Positions 11,791-26,600 are shown, numbered from the stretch's first letter. The stretch: DNA of 64,000 bases from Nemertoderma westbladi (GCA_032718475.1 JAUCBJ010007524.1:236637-300636), one strand, 5' to 3'. Notes: a model not told the origin generated them from the letters alone. Numbers and translations: made by a program.

Positions 11791-12951
11791 TATTTTGTAC
11801 CGGTATCTGATAGTCCAGAATAAATGTATCTGTAATCTGTACTGTACTCTGTACCCCTACCCCATGGGATGTTATCTCTCTGTCTGCATGGTCTGTCAAC
11901 GCAACACTCCTAGGCTGATAGGGCTGTTGTAGGCCTGTACATCAGTACATCTGTAGCGAAAACAGCTTGTACCCAAGGACAAATCTACTAGGTACAACTC
12001 TCAATTCTGTAGAGTTGTCCTTGCATTGTACCAGTAGAGATATATAATGCAAACGTCACTAGTGCCTAGCAACCAGTCCAGCTGTGAGTTGAGATACAAA
12101 TTGCCAATAATAGAGGCATTGCTTGGACATTTTTAAAATAATTTTTGTACAAACTGACGTAGATTTACCTTGGCTTTCCGATTTGTGTTTGACGAAACTG
12201 GTTAACATTTTGGGTGTGTTGGGGTGTGTCAGTGTGTGTGTGTGTGTAAAGTATAACTTTTCAGCATAAAAACACTTGAGGGTATATATTTATATACCGA
12301 GCGAGCACAGCGAGGGAGGTTTAAGTAAATAAATAAGGATCCCTAATGCTGACTAGTACCCTATTCATATAATGTCATACCGCTACGTCATTTTGGCCAA
12401 CTTAGCCACCGGACCTGACCTAGCCACCTCCATCATGTACAATAAACGCAGAAAGTATTATTAAATATAGAACAAGATATATAATACATTTCCTATTCGT
12501 CAGTTTACAAAAGTGATTGGTCAACTCATAGCAATTAGCAATAATTTTAGTTCATTCAATATTGTTAACCAATGACAAACGTTTAGGAGATTAAAGGCTA
12601 CCTACCTATCAACAATCATAACGCTGATGGATGGTCAAAGGTCCCACTAGGACAAAGCGTCCACTCCTAACTACATATGCCAAAGAGTCCACACATTTAT
12701 CGACACTTTGAGTTCGACAATAAATATTTTATGTTGACTTTGTATTAAAGAATTTAAATAATAATATAAACAATTTCAATAGTATATAATCTAGACAGCT
12801 GCACTGATAACATATATTATAATATAATAAGAAACAATCACTTTTTTCACATCACAGCAAATAATTGTGTATTCAATGGTGAAAACAATATTTTAAAATA
12901 AGTTTAACAAATTTTAAGTGTCAAACTTTAAGATATGATAGAGGGTTAGGG

Positions 12952-13801
12952 TGTAAGAAAAGGAACCCTACATTCGTGCTGTAGGCCAATGGGTGGAGGT
13001 TAATCAATCAATAGCTAGATATACAGACAAGGTCGACTGAAGGTAATCAACCAAGTTTAAACAATAATACAGTAAAGATGCTGTGGGGCGAGCCACGAAA
13101 GTAAGCGAGCTTAGTGTGCCTTCGTTCTGTTGTTCTGTCAATTGATGTAATTGATGTGATTGATGGAATAATTGAAATGATTGTCGTTGGGTTTGAAGTG
13201 AATTACAGTGGTATAGGTTATTCGTCAGATAAAGTAGGCCTACAGTTGGGAAGTGGAGGCTGCAATAGCTATAAGGTAAATCCTCTACTAAAGAGTAAGT
13301 TGCCCACCAAGTTGAGAGCGCATACTATACCAACGATTTTGGAGACTTCATGTGCTGTCTTTTATTTTAGATTTAGCGGTAGTCTGCCAGTGTTTGGTTT
13401 GCATTTTGTGTAAAATAATCTGTATGGGTGGAGTGATACTTATTATTCAGAGTATATGTTGGTAATATACAACATTCAAATCCCCAAAGTTTATTCATAC
13501 AGTAATTCTGCTAGTTGTACATACCATAATAGTTCAATTAACCCCAGTACTACCACCTCAGGACTGCTTGGCATATGTCGGCCAGTGGTTTCTTTAGCAT
13601 CGAAATTAGTAAGTCTAAATACACTGGTCTGGTCACTCCTGCAGATGCTAGGGTTCTTTTAGCTATTCAAGTATATTTAATTGCGAATTGCCTATTGTAC
13701 AAGTGTTGGTATCTAATCTCGGGTTTAGATTATATCACTTTCCCTGAAATTAAATTTAGTGTTTAGGCTGTATTTTGCGATGTAAAGTGGTTAATAGAAC
13801 A
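12952..13801 (+). repeat. Possible 5' LTR of BEL copy A
   Basis: TGTAAG...GAACA-bounded, CCAAT-containing segment upstream of gag, followed by a degenerate PBS-like gataccgtaggctagggat; no partner LTR to confirm. Confidence 0.25.
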
Positions 13802-15282
13802 GATACCGTAGGCTAGGGATTATTAATATCTAGGTAAAGGACACTGGTTACATTTGTTTATTTATAATGTAGACTATAAGCCATCAGACCGTGGCATTTC
13901 CTTATCTGGACAGCGTGAATTTATTGAATGCCGCTTCATTGGTTTTAAAATTCCGTAAATTCTCCCCATTAAGCCAGGAATTTCTAAATTTCTGGTTATT
14001 AAGTGTCTTATAAAATTACCCTAAAATTGTCCATGTAACTTTCATTTATTGTTTATTTAGAGATTGCGCAATCTCAACCCGAATCGTACATGCGTAAGTA
14101 ATTAGTAGAATTAAGTAACTTGGGCTGTAGAAATATTACTATTTAGTGTCATTGATAATTCTCAATTATGAGCGTTACCCTATCATTACTGTAACACCGA
14201 ATCTGACATTCAGAAATAATAACAACTATTTCAATATAGTCTAAACCCACTATGGGTCTAAGCCTGTCATTGTAAACTAATCCTATTGCTTAATCACTGC
14301 AATAAAGTAAATGGAAATAATTCCAGTAATCTGATATAATCTGTGTTTATTAATTTTTAGAATTACTGGTACTTACAATAAGCTTATTATATTCTTATAT
14401 AATTTAGGCTGATCATGTATATTGGTACTCAGTGATTAATACAGGTCTTCTGAAATATCGGATATATATACTATCTACATAGTGTACACTGGTACTTTAC
14501 TGTGATATATTTATACTACAGTATATAATATGTAATTATTATAACTATAGGCCTAACAGTTCCAATACTAATTAATATCAGACATACTGCTGTATTGCTG
14601 TAATATTAATAGGCAAATAGTTCCTAAGTCATCAATATGTCTGACTCTAAACGTCCTTTGTCTGACAGCATAGACCAGTTTGCTGCCCAAATAGATTATG
14701 GAGAGTCGACGGATGCGGTATTTTCTCGTGGTGAAGAAGATGTGACACCTGAGGCACCACCTAAGAAAGACGCTATCGATACTTATCTATCTGATTATCA
14801 GAGATTCATTGGAGATAAAGAATTGGGACGATGCATAGCTGTTTTCACCCCAGAACCGAGGGAACATTTAGAGTGTTGGAAGGACTCGATGACGAGATGG
14901 CAGTGGCCATGCAAGCCAAGATGGAGAGTGAACTGAAAGCCAAAGAAGACGCTAATAGCGTAAGAAGAGAGTTAATAGAATCAGAAGCAGAGGCCAAAAA
15001 GACACAAAAGTCATCAGAAGCCGAGGCCGAAAAGACAAGAAAGTCAGCCAAAGCAGAGGCTGAGGCAAAAAGGATAAGAAAGTCAGCCGAAGTGGATATA
15101 GAGAAGTCAAGAAAGTTAGCCGAATTAAAACTGGAAGCTATCCAAGAACAGCAGAAATCGTGAAGAAAACAGGAGTATATCCAGGCTAATACCAGGTCCA
15201 AGGCGTCTCCTAAGAAATATGGATTCATGACTTCCTCGGATGAAGGCACATAATCTGATTGTAAGAGTTATAGATCCAACTC

Positions 15283-17039
15283 TACTACTAGGATCGGCAT
15301 GCTGCATTGCAGCTGCATTTTTAAGATTGCTGTGCCGGCTTGTCAACAAAATTGCGCCACCACAACTCCCAACCTGACTTCCGGATCCATGATCCCAGGT
15401 AACAGAAGTCGTCCACATGCTCAAGCATACGCTTTGAGCTTATGCTCATCTGGTCAGAGACTTGCTGAGGACTTTCAAAGTTAACTGTCAAAATTTTGGT
15501 CTTTCTGGAGTTAATAAAAAGACCAACACTAGAAGCACCCTGTTCTAATGAGCTGGAGGAGCCGTTGGGCTCCCTCTAGTGATTCTGAGAGTACTCCTAA
15601 GTCATCAGAAAAGTCTAGTTCAGTTAGGTACTTGGCTGGATTTCCTCGACTTCTGGAGCCAGTAGGTGGAGTTATCATCACCCCATCATCATTATGATGA
15701 TCTAAGGACATGCGTAGAACATAGTCAACCACAATTAGGAACAAGAATGGTGCAAGTGTGTCTCCCTGGAGGACGCTCCATAACACTTCAAATGGTTCTG
15801 TGTCACCGTCAACAGTAGACACAAATGTTGTCGAACCATCGTATACTGATCTGATTGCTGCAATAATTTCATCAGGAATCCCATATAATGAAAGTATGCT
15901 GAACATACTTGAACGATGGACTGAATCAAAGGCCTTGAAGAAGTCGACAAAGATAACAGCAGACAATGTTGCAACAGAGACGACCAGTCATGCCGCGGCA
16001 AGGCAGATTTCGTTGTTCTGCTAGCACGCAGACTAAGTCTTACCTTGGCCACAATAAGGCAGTGATCACTGGAGAAGGGTCGAAGTGTAAATGCAATATA
16101 GTCTTGTATAGAACTCCATCAGTAGCTGCTTGTAGATTGAGGTAGAAATTTTCCACCTCCTCTACAGGGGCAACATTAGTTGGATAGTAGCACACAATCA
16201 GAACCACCTTAGGAAACTTCTTAGCCAGTCTTCCAGAACAGGAAAGTGGCAACGGATGATGCGGTTAGAGATTTGGTCTATTTTGTCCAATTCTGCATGT
16301 GCAGTTGGATTCATCAATAGACCAATTCCACCATTGCCACTATCATCTGCTGACGCGAGAGCGAGTCGCCAACCCCCCCCCCCCCCCCCCCATGTCCTTA
16401 ATGAGAACCTCATCAGTCTGACCAGTATGCATTCGGTGCTCTTGAACACCCACTGCACTAAGATAAAGCTTATCTGCCAAGGCAGTCAGCTCACCTTGTC
16501 GCATTGGGGACCCGAGTGTCAGGGTGTTTACTGAGGCTAATCTAGTGACTTGCCTCAGATTCACCAATGGCTTTGTTGGTCGGGGTGGAACATGAGAGTA
16601 TCCTCCAATTCCAGAATCCCTCCCCCCCTCTCAATCTGGCTCCCTGGTGACCCCGGTTTGGGCCAGAAAGGTCATCAGGAAAGGGACTCAAAGAATTGTT
16701 GACTGCTCTCTCTCCAGTAGGGGGTGAGGCCTGTATAACTGACGCCTGTGAGGCCGATTGCGTCCGGTAATTCCACTGGCCTCTAGTGGCCGGACCTCCG
16801 CATCACTAATGTAATCCATAGTGGGGGTTGGAGGGTGCTTTTTTGCCGAGTCAGTTCTCGGGGCAAATACCACACCCTGGTTTGCCATTCCACAGGGTGG
16901 GTGTCGCAGTAGAGTCAGATATGAGGCCCATCACCCATATCTACTCTGGCGCACATGACCCACCATTGGCTGTGCAGCTCATCTGCTGGATCATGCCCTG
17001 TACCCCTGCTGCCAGGTGCAGGTCAACTGGTACAGGTGA
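15283..17039 (-). mobile_element. Internally deleted RTE-clade LINE with both ends, inserted in BEL A gag
   Basis: 11-bp TSD AGATCCAACTC at 15272-15282 and 17040-17050; RTE-type 5' motif aatggcaaacca...gtatttgcc; AP endonuclease start (AVGVQEHR, CYYPTN), RT (FVDFFKAFDSVHR, VLQGDTLAPFLF, LDFSDD), (TAG)n tail. Confidence 0.9.
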
Positions 17040-17959
17040 AGATCCAACTCAAATGGATGCAGAAAATCCCCGATAGGACGCAAGTTGCCTAACTTGCCCC
17101 CACCTGCGCAAAGAGAGTTGGCTGACCAAGACTTAAGGTCTGATGATTTAATACCGACAAATATTCCATCCAGTAGGCTTCCCACCATCCTGGAAAAACC
17201 AGAATTAAATAGGCCAGTTGTTAGGACTGTCCTGATTTATGAAACTCCCTTTTTTTACAACCTGATTTGAAATTTCCTTTAGCGAAAACCAATCTGCCCC
17301 TGACTAATATCAGAATCCCAGAGACTGCTGCTAATACTCAAGGGGGGCAGATAGTCCTCCTTTGGGGGAGGATTGCCACCCATCTCTCAGCAACCCCAAC
17401 CGCTTAGCGCCGCATTGTCGGCAAAGTATGAAGAATCGGAGCAGTGGGTCGAGGAAAGGCAGAGAGAAGTAGGGAGAATGATTGATGAATTCTATCAAGC
17501 AAGGGAACAAACCGTAGATCAATTAAGGGATTTAGAAGGTACTATGAAATCTTTAAAAGGTAACGTAAGAGCACATCAAATTGAACTGCAAGAAGTACAA
17601 CTGCAGATAGCTTTAGATAGCGATAGGCTAGCCACCTCCGGTAACTATATTGAAACCTTCCTGGTCTGTATCGAATAATGTGCAAGGTGTGGAGCCTAAA
17701 TGCATATACACTGCTAGTGATATTGAAACCCCTATAGATAATGTCATCAATAGACAAACTCATAATGATACTCCTCATATTCCTTCAAATTATCCTCATA
17801 AAACGTATTTGGATAATTCCATATTAGATAATACAATAGCTCAGGAAACTTTCATCCATCAGATGGCCAGAATGGAGGCCCGTCAAGCGGTATCAGTGGG
17901 AGAGTTCAAGAAGTTCAATGGAGATGAGATGAAGTGGTTACCGTTTAATGAATATTATA

Positions 17960-18220
17960 TTGAATGGGAGAATCTTTTAGGCTCGTTAACCAAGGAATGC
18001 CTGTTCACCACCATGGGTGATCTTCCACAGTAAACCCTTCCACTCTTTTTCCCAAGTTGCCTTGGTTCCCATTTATCGACCACTGAAGGATGAAAGCCGG
18101 GGTTGGGCTAGGCTGCAGCATTTAAAGCACAGTGCCCAAACAGTGCTGCCCCATCTAGGGATCGAACCCGGGCTCTCTAATCGGAAGCACAGAAATGTCA
18201 CCACTAGACCATGCTGCTGC
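17960..18220 (-). mobile_element. tRNA-derived SINE, full length
   Basis: A box TGGTCTAGTGG, B box GGGTTCGATCCC, central core ctttcatccttcagtggtcgataaatggga; 15-bp TSD TTAATGAATATTATA at 17945-17959 and 18221-18235; interrupts BEL A gag. Confidence 0.92.
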
Positions 18221-21200
18221 TTAATGAATATTATAAAGATAACATATAATACTCTGTATTATTGAGCGGTGAAAAACTGAGATTCCTCATCGAATGTTTG
18301 GAAGGTCCTCCCAAGTTGATGGTGCTAAAGTTCATTGGACATCCGGACGGATAAAATTAAGTCTAGGATGCCCTTAATATCAGGTATGGGAACTGAACTA
18401 ATATACCTATGTATTTGTATGCTAAATTAGTAGCCCCCAGGAAAGTCCCCAGTAATAGAATTATAGAGTTTTCGGATGAGATTCAGGAAATCTGTAGACA
18501 GTTAGACTGGTTAGATCACTCTGTGTACCAAAGTTTAATGGTAGTCAGAGCTGTAGCTGCGTCCTTTCTCAAGGGCGGCGTAGGGCGGCATTGGGATAAA
18601 AGGGTTCTATACTTTGAGGATCATCATAGGATAAATCCCAAAATGGTTGATCTTATTGAGTTCCTAAAAGGAGAGCTGAGACTACAACTTATTAGACAAT
18701 CTAGAGAAAAGATTCCGGAAACTAAGGTAATTGAGAAACCCACTACTAGATGTAGGATGACCCCATTGTATTATACAATATTGTTATTTTGTTATACCAA
18801 ATACCTATTGTTATACCGAATACGAGAGTCAAACATCAGTAGATGAGGATAGTGGCAAAGATACCTCTGAGGTAAACTACAACAAAAGGAAGGAGGTAGG
18901 AATAACAAATAGTAAGTTGGTAAGGTCCAAGGAAGATTATAATAGAACTACACCTACTTCACTTAAGAGGACTTATAATAAAAAACAGGAAAAGAAAGCT
19001 TGAGTCCAAAGCACCTAAGCACCTTAAACCAACAAAGTGTGTATTGTGTGAGGGATCCCATCGTCTGAGTACATGTGAATACTTCTTAAAGAAAGATCTT
19101 AAAGAAAGATGTAGTATAACATGGGAGAAAAGGTTATGTTATAACTGTTTGAGGCCAGGTAACCAGAGATGGACTTGTTATTCAGAGTCTTAAAAAAAAG
19201 TGCATCCTGTGTGGAGCTAAACACCACTCTTTGCTGTGCAGTGAATTCGACAAGGTAAGTGAACCGGAAGTATATGTTCATTTTAGTGATGTAAATGATA
19301 CTGATCACAGTTCAGAAATGGAGGGCTTCTATACAGATAGTTCTCCGATGAAAACTAGACGTGTTATATGATCCATGCAGCCATCTATCGAGCTCTCACC
19401 CATGAGGCTTCTATTGAAGATGAGGAGGCTTAACAACCCAACTCTGATAAACAAGTCTTGTGGAAGGTCTCGCAACAACCGGTTGGCATTCGAGAATTTC
19501 CCGTGGTGCAGCTCAGGATATATGGACAAGTAAGAGTTTAGTAGTAAATGCCCTCCTTGATTCAGGTAGTACAGACACCTTCATTGACAAAGACTTAACC
19601 AAAGATATCTTTGCAGGTTTGGAAATCTATAGTAGAAACAGACTTCTATGTGGGATCTCTATCTACCCCGCAAGATCAAAAAGGTAAGGATAGTATAAAA
19701 AAGATTAAATTGGTGGCTATTAAGAACTTTGCAGCCAGTCAGGTAGAACCTTATGATTGGGATGAGGAGAACTTTTCCAGTCAGTATAAGATCCCCAGAT
19801 TTAAGACTGACTATCCAGGAGTCCAGAATGTAGAACGGAGAATATCTTCATCAATGTAGAGGATGAGGAAACAATCCCAGCTGAGGAAACTCCAGCTGAG
19901 GATAATGTCATAGGACCACTCACAGAAAATCAAGCCTGGTCTAATCAAACAGAATTATGTAATCTAATTCAACAGAACAACGAATTATTAGCATATGACG
20001 ATGATGAACTCAATGATGTGGAGGAGCGATACAATACGATGCTGAGAGATGAACATGTGTTAAGATTCTTCACTCAAGAAGCTGTGGAACCTAACTCATA
20101 CAATAAAACTCTCTCTGTAAAGGAAGAGAGAGCTAAACAAATCCAAGCTACGATGACATGCTGCTACCTTAAGGAAGAGGGCCGTTATGAGATAGGTTTA
20201 CTGTTCAGGAAATGAGAACCCAGCTTCATTAACAATTGACCATTGGCCATTAGTATTATTTAACACATAATTACGTTCCCAAACCCAGTAAATCCAACGA
20301 AGTCCAGGTAATGTTTGATGGCTCCACCTTATGCAAAGGCCAGTCCCTGAACTCAGAACTATTGCCGGGACCCAACTTACTACAATCGCTGTTGGGAATT
20401 TTATTATTTTATTTTATTATTTTATTATACTCCACTGCATTTGCCTCTGACATCGAAGGCATGTTTCTTCAAGTCAAGGCATTACAACAGGATAGGGATA
20501 GCTTACGGTTCCTATGGTGGACCAAACAGAACCAGTAGAGTACTGGATGACTAACCAGGCTTTTGGCATTATCTTTAGGCCGTCCGACGCTTGCTCAGTG
20601 GTGCATACCACTGCAGATGAAAATCAAGACGCCTTCCCTATATGGAGGATAACATAAATCCCTACCAACAGTGGATGAAGTGACCGAGGTTGGCAAGGGA
20701 ATGGTAGAGTGTCTCCAACATGGTGGATTTCGATTAACCAAGTTCACCAGCAACTCCCGTGAGTTTCTGGAGGCAATCCCAGTCGAAGAGAGAGGCGCTA
20801 AAGATCGTGACCTCATTAAGGATGACCTCCCAGAAACCAAGACCCTCAGTTTAAATTGGGACACTGAGAGATATATTCTATTCTTCCAATTAAAGAAAAG
20901 CAATAATCCTATTCGAACTAAGAGGATTTTCCTAAGTATTCGAGCACATATTTTGATCCATTGGGATTTAATTTTCCTGTAATCCTAGTTGCTTGGAGTT
21001 TAGTTCAACAGAGGTGGCTCGAGAACCACTCTTGGGATGATCCACTAAAGGGAGAACTACTAAAGTGGATGAAGTGGGAAGACTCTTTACCAACGATTGA
21101 GAACTTTAAAATTTCCCATTTGTATTTTGGTCACATTCTCCCCATTTATTCTTATCAACTCCACATCTTTGGAGATGCCAGCGATATTAGAATAGGTGTA

Positions 21201-24011
21201 GTAGCGTATTTGAGGGTTGAAACTCCTGAAGGAATTAAGGTTTCACTGGCTGCCTCAAACGCTTTGATCAATAACAAACTATGAGTCCCTAGAGTGGAAT
21301 TGAAAGCGGCATTATACGCTACCGCCATCAGCAGGAACATCACTGAACAGATAGATTATCGTTTAGATAAAACCTTTTATTGGACAGACGCATTTCTCGT
21401 TCTGGAATATCTTACCAATGAAGTCTGCTAGTTCAGCGTCTTCTCTCACTAACCGAGTAGCTGTTATACTTAGTCGCACAGATATAGGCCAGTGGAGACA
21501 TTGCCCTGGAACCATTAACCCAACAGATACAGCCTCTAGAGGAGCCACGCCAAGGGAACTAACTGAAACCCCAGACTGGTTAGGTGGCCCCGACTTCGTA
21601 AACAAACCAGAGGAGGAATGGCCCTCCCAGTTTACCATGGCTGAGATTCGACAATCCAAGTAAATCTAAACTATTCAAAACTGTGATCGATCTGTCAGTA
21701 CTACATACTGCCAATGCCACTAACGAGGATCCTAATGAAGAGAGATCCAAAGATCCTCCAATGAGTCCAAAGTAAAGCAAGCGCCGATATTAGAACCAGA
21801 GATTGGAAGACAGGTATACCAGATATCTCTGAAGGACTCTCACTGATGATCCAGAGAGTGATGGCGTATTACAGTTCCTGGAACAGACTTTGTATGGCTC
21901 TGATATACCTTAAGAGGTGTTTCCATCATCAATATACAAAGTCGAAAGAAAACATCAATGCCATCCCCGGAGAAGTCAAAGAAGTCAATGCGGTGAAAGA
22001 CATTCCCACTTATCGGCTATCCACTAAGTTTCTCGCTAATAAGTTCGATTACCAACTTCATTGTACAAACTTCATTGGAGCCAATAATGAGATTAAAGCT
22101 TATAAATCAAAGACTGCAACCAAAGGCAGGTGGATGATCAGTTGAAAGTGATGCCATCTAGTTGGACATTCAATGCTGCAGATGCTCTTTGGTGGGGAGG
22201 AAGTTGGGAGAGACTTATATGCAGTGTTAAGACCCCATTCCACTTTGTTGTGCCATGCTATATGTATTTCACCAACGAACTCCTACAAACGCTAATGGAT
22301 GAAATTGCCCCTACCTTAACGAAAGACCGCTTATGCCAGTCTCCTCGAACCCAGATTCCTTAGAAGTATTGACAACCGTGCATTTTCTGCTCAAGAAGCC
22401 GGTTGATGCTTCCCGTGTCGGAAATCCACAATGGGGACAAATATCGCAAACAGACATGGCAACTGATGCAATTATTGTCCAGCCATTATGATAATTTTGA
22501 GAAATACTATCTCCCAACGCTGCAACTCAGAACTAAATGGTTTGCGCAGCAAGAAAATGTCAGTGCCAGTGACATGGTACTGATAGTCGACTGGAGTACT
22601 GGAGGCGTAACCATAAGAAGAAAGGAATAGTCTTCGAAACTCAACAACTCAATTGCCCAATTGGTCATCTGTGTCTGCTTGAGAGAGACCGAGAGTTATC
22701 CGGTAACTACGGCAAATAGGAAACTCTACCAACGAACACCTCCCAGATCCAGTAAATATCTATGGACTATATCTATGGTCTATGGTCTATAAGTTAATAA
22801 CTTAATAAGTTAAATTATTTATGGGAGCGGGTTTGACAACCCTTTATTGGTCTTTATTTATATATTTTATTTACACCTTATTAAGTAATATAATATTATT
22901 GTAATCATTTTACTCTAATTTTATTTCGTAGAATAATTCTGTAAGTAATTATTCTGTAGTTTAATGCCATAATGTACGTATGATCTTTTAATTAAATTAG
23001 TTCATCATAATACTTATATTCTTTTAGTTAATGATGAGAAATAACTTCATTTCTTCTTTCCCTTACTGCCCGTATACTTATTATAAATAAGCTGTTTACA
23101 GTAAGATTAGTCTTTCCTATTTAAAGGAAATTATACCTTGGTTCTACTGTACTTTAGGTACTATTGGTTTAAGTAGAGTAATAGGAATGAAAAGTTCAGA
23201 TCCTAGTGTCTCGGCTAAGCCAAGCTCTGGGTAGACCTTGGAAAAAGACTTGCCTCTTCTCACTGACATTGCTCCTTGCAAAATTACTATCATATTGTAG
23301 TCCTAAATAATACATATATAGTAGGAGATGTCCATTTAAGAGTGAATCTGTTAACTTATTTGACCAACTGAAATTCTTTTCGATTAAGTTATCGTGGCAC
23401 CCACCAATATACATAAAAGACAACATTTCTAGAATCAGCGGTTAACATCCCCAGACATGTTCTGGAATAAATTGGTGCCCATCCTAAATTAAAATATTAA
23501 ATTTACGGGAATATATTTTAAATTCATGTCCCTTTATTAATTAAAATAAATTGCCAATTGAAGACAATTTATTTAAAATTCCCAAAAAGTATTCAATTAA
23601 TAGATCAAGGGAGCGGCGATTCACCCTTTTCCAACAGTGTGGGAGAACCCCCTAGTTAGCATTTAAATATCTGACAAAATTGATAAATATAATGTATAAA
23701 GGGAGTAATAATAACCCTGACTCACTTTTAAATAGCATCCCAGGTCTGTATGCATGAGAAATATCCTAATTCCACCACTAGCTTTGCAAAATGTCACCTT
23801 AGCAACAATAACGCTAGAATGAAGTATAGTAAAGAACAATAGAAAGCTTGGCTCATTGAATAGTGTATAGTATCCAGGGATACACAATAACAATGTGACA
23901 TTCTGGAAAGCACTGTGACTAATGGAAAAGTGGCCAAAAATTTATGATATGTGGCACGAATGTGGATTTTATGTGTTCATAGGTGAATGTTAGTACTAAA
24001 GTGTGTTTACT

Positions 24012-24094
24012 CAAGGACTTCTAGAACATAGTATATATTCATTATATAATTCATTATTCATTATATAATATATACTATGTTCTAGAAGTCCTTG
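24012..24094. mobile_element. 83-bp palindromic MITE, P-element-like
   Basis: TIR CAAGGACTTCTAGAACATAGTATATA; 7-bp TSD GTTTACT (24005-24011, 24095-24101); absent at the homologous site of BEL B (~33840). Confidence 0.85.
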
Positions 24095-24337
24095 GTTTAC
24101 TATAGTGAACCGAAATTGTGAAAAATCATCCTGTACCTGCAATAATTATCTCTATTATCTAAGCCCTTGGGATGGATAGTTTTGATTGACTCGCGCTGGT
24201 TATTGTTGTCAAGATGTAGCTAGCTACATTGTTGGCAAGGGGGTAAAGCGACAGCCGTACACAAGCACTGAGGATCTCTAGCTATCCACGGGCAGCGAGG
24301 TAGTACAGGCAGCGACGCCTGCTGGCCTTCTTACTAT

Positions 24338-26600
24338 CATGGCCGGCGCCAGGATTTTTCTTGGGGGGTGCAGATGTTGAAAAAGCGGACCTTTTTTGTT
24401 ACCATCGAAACAAAATATTACACATTGCTGCATTGCACCGGTATCAGTTTAGGCCGCTAACCTAGAAAATTTTACACTTTGTATCAGATAGTTAGAAAAA
24501 GTTAGAGTGAACCTATTAAATGATACTAAATTATGGATGCAATAAAAATTCATCCCTCTCCAGGGGAAATTCCGACACAAATAAAGTCTGATTACTCTCA
24601 AAAATAAAACTGTAACCTGTACTATTGTGTTTAGTTTATTGTTTTGGTTAAAATAACGTGCCACTGTAACCTGCTCCTTTCTCTAAATTGAGAATTTAAC
24701 ATTGAGGCGGGATATTAATTCGCCAAGGCAGGTTTTGCGTTTCCCTCCTGTCTCCAACGAAGTATTTTGATATAATAAACCCACCAGTATTCTAACTTAT
24801 ACTGTGAAATACTTCTAACACATTCAAATTAATAAATTTAAAAAATACTTAAAAATCTTACTTAAAAAATATTTAATTCAACAATAAAACAACCTAGACT
24901 TTAATTTGGTTGAACAAATGGTTGATTACTGCAGACTGCTACCGGAATATTGGATGGAGTGAGTAAAACGGAATAGATGATTTTAATTAGATCGGATTTT
25001 AATCAACCTTGATTTAACCCTATCTGGCCCGGGCTATTTTACAACGTAATTGGCCCGGGGGGGGGGGGGGGGTCATTTTAGATCTTGGCTCAAAAATTAC
25101 AATTTTGATGGTATAAGGGTTTACGAGCTCGCTGGTCACGATGAAACTTGTTTAAAATATTTTCTGGCGATGCAACCATCATTTTTGGTGCTATTTTGGT
25201 CCCCCAGGACGAAACGTAAGTAAAAAAAATATAAAATTAACAAATTTGTGTTTGTTTTGATAATTCTGAATGTATACGGGTTTTCGAGGTCGCTGATCAC
25301 GATGAAACTAGTTATAAATATTTATGGTAATTCAAACCCAATTTTGGTGCCATTCTGGTGCCCCAGAACGAAAAGTAGAAGTAGCACAAAATTTTAAATT
25401 GTACAATTTTGCCTTTGGTTGGGTAATTCTGAGGCTATACTGTTTTTCAAGGTCGCTGATCACGATACAACTCGTTAAAAATCATTCGTGGTAACAAACT
25501 ATCATTTTTGATCCTTGTCTGGTGGGACGAAAAATACAAGTAGCAAAAATTTTCAAATGGCAAAAATCGAATTTGGTTGGATAATTATTAGTATTATTAT
25601 AATAGTATTATTAGTATTATTATAACAGTATTATTAGTATTACACGAAAATCGTCAATACCATAAACACTAAATGAGGGGAAGTTCCAGGCGCATCCTTC
25701 GTGTTTGCTTCCTAGCAAACACATCCACAGCGCTGGAGATATTGAAATTAAAGTCATAATGTATTGCGAGAACGGCCAGATTGGACAGCCTCTCAGAAAG
25801 CATTGTTTTACGGTTGAAAGTGTCCAGCCAGACGTCTAGCTGCTGATAAGCTACGCTCACATTCCGAGGAGGTCACAGGCAAGGTACATACCGGTTACGG
25901 TTACGGTTACGGTTGGCGGTTACGGTACCGTACCCATGCAGCTAAACTTAGATTTTAGGCAATTGCATCTTACAGCCTATAATAATTCAGGAAAATCGGC
26001 TGATTATAACAGCATCAAACCAGCTATTTAGTATAAAAGTATACAGGAAGTAGGACAGTACTGGTGGTCTGGTATTGCTACCAGTAGTATAATACTAAGG
26101 TTGAATTGAATTGCCGATCTATTGTCTGTTAGTTGCTTGTTGCTGCTATCCGTACATAAAAGTATACAGGAAGTAGGACAGTACTGGTGGTCTGGTATTG
26201 CTACCAGTAGTATAATACTAAGGTTGAATTGAATTGCCGACCTATTGTCTGTTAGTTGCTTGTTGCTGCTACCTGTACTAAACACTAAACCGAAAGTAAA
26301 TGAACTAAACATTGAAAATATATAAATAACTTGCAGGTAATGTAATAGAGGTGTAGTGTGTAGTGGTATCGGTATGATGTTCACTCTTGACAGCAAGTAA
26401 TACCAGAACACCCAGTAATATAAATGGACAGAAATCTGATTAGAATAAGATTCAAGTGACTGTGTGTTCTTTTGGTTTAATAATTACACAAAAAATTTTG
26501 TATTAGTCCACAATGAAAATATATTCGTCCAATTGCGGACCTTTTCTCACTTTTTGGGGGGTGCAGCTGCACCCCTTGCACCCCATTGGCGCCGGCCATG
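24338..26600 (-). mobile_element. Non-autonomous hAT transposon with transposase C-terminal remnant and nested repeats
   Basis: TIR CATGGCCGGCGCCA / TGGCGCCGGCCATG, 8-bp TSD CTTACTAT (24330-24337, 26601-26608); minus strand encodes CTLPVTSSECERS and TMLSERLSNLAVLAIH...FARKQTRRM (hAT dimerisation domain). Nested: MITE copy 3 (~24533-24745), a TTAA-CCCT element from ~25018 with ~165-bp repeats, and a 120-bp tandem duplication at ~26030-26280. Confidence 0.92.

Noticed and set aside
16940-17039. Definite HDV-like or hammerhead ribozyme
   Set aside because: Stems are present but canonical core residues could not be placed; CTGATGA motifs I noticed elsewhere lack the matching GAAA and stems.
18150-18220. 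tRNA gene
   Set aside because: It is the tRNA-like head of a SINE flanked by a TSD.
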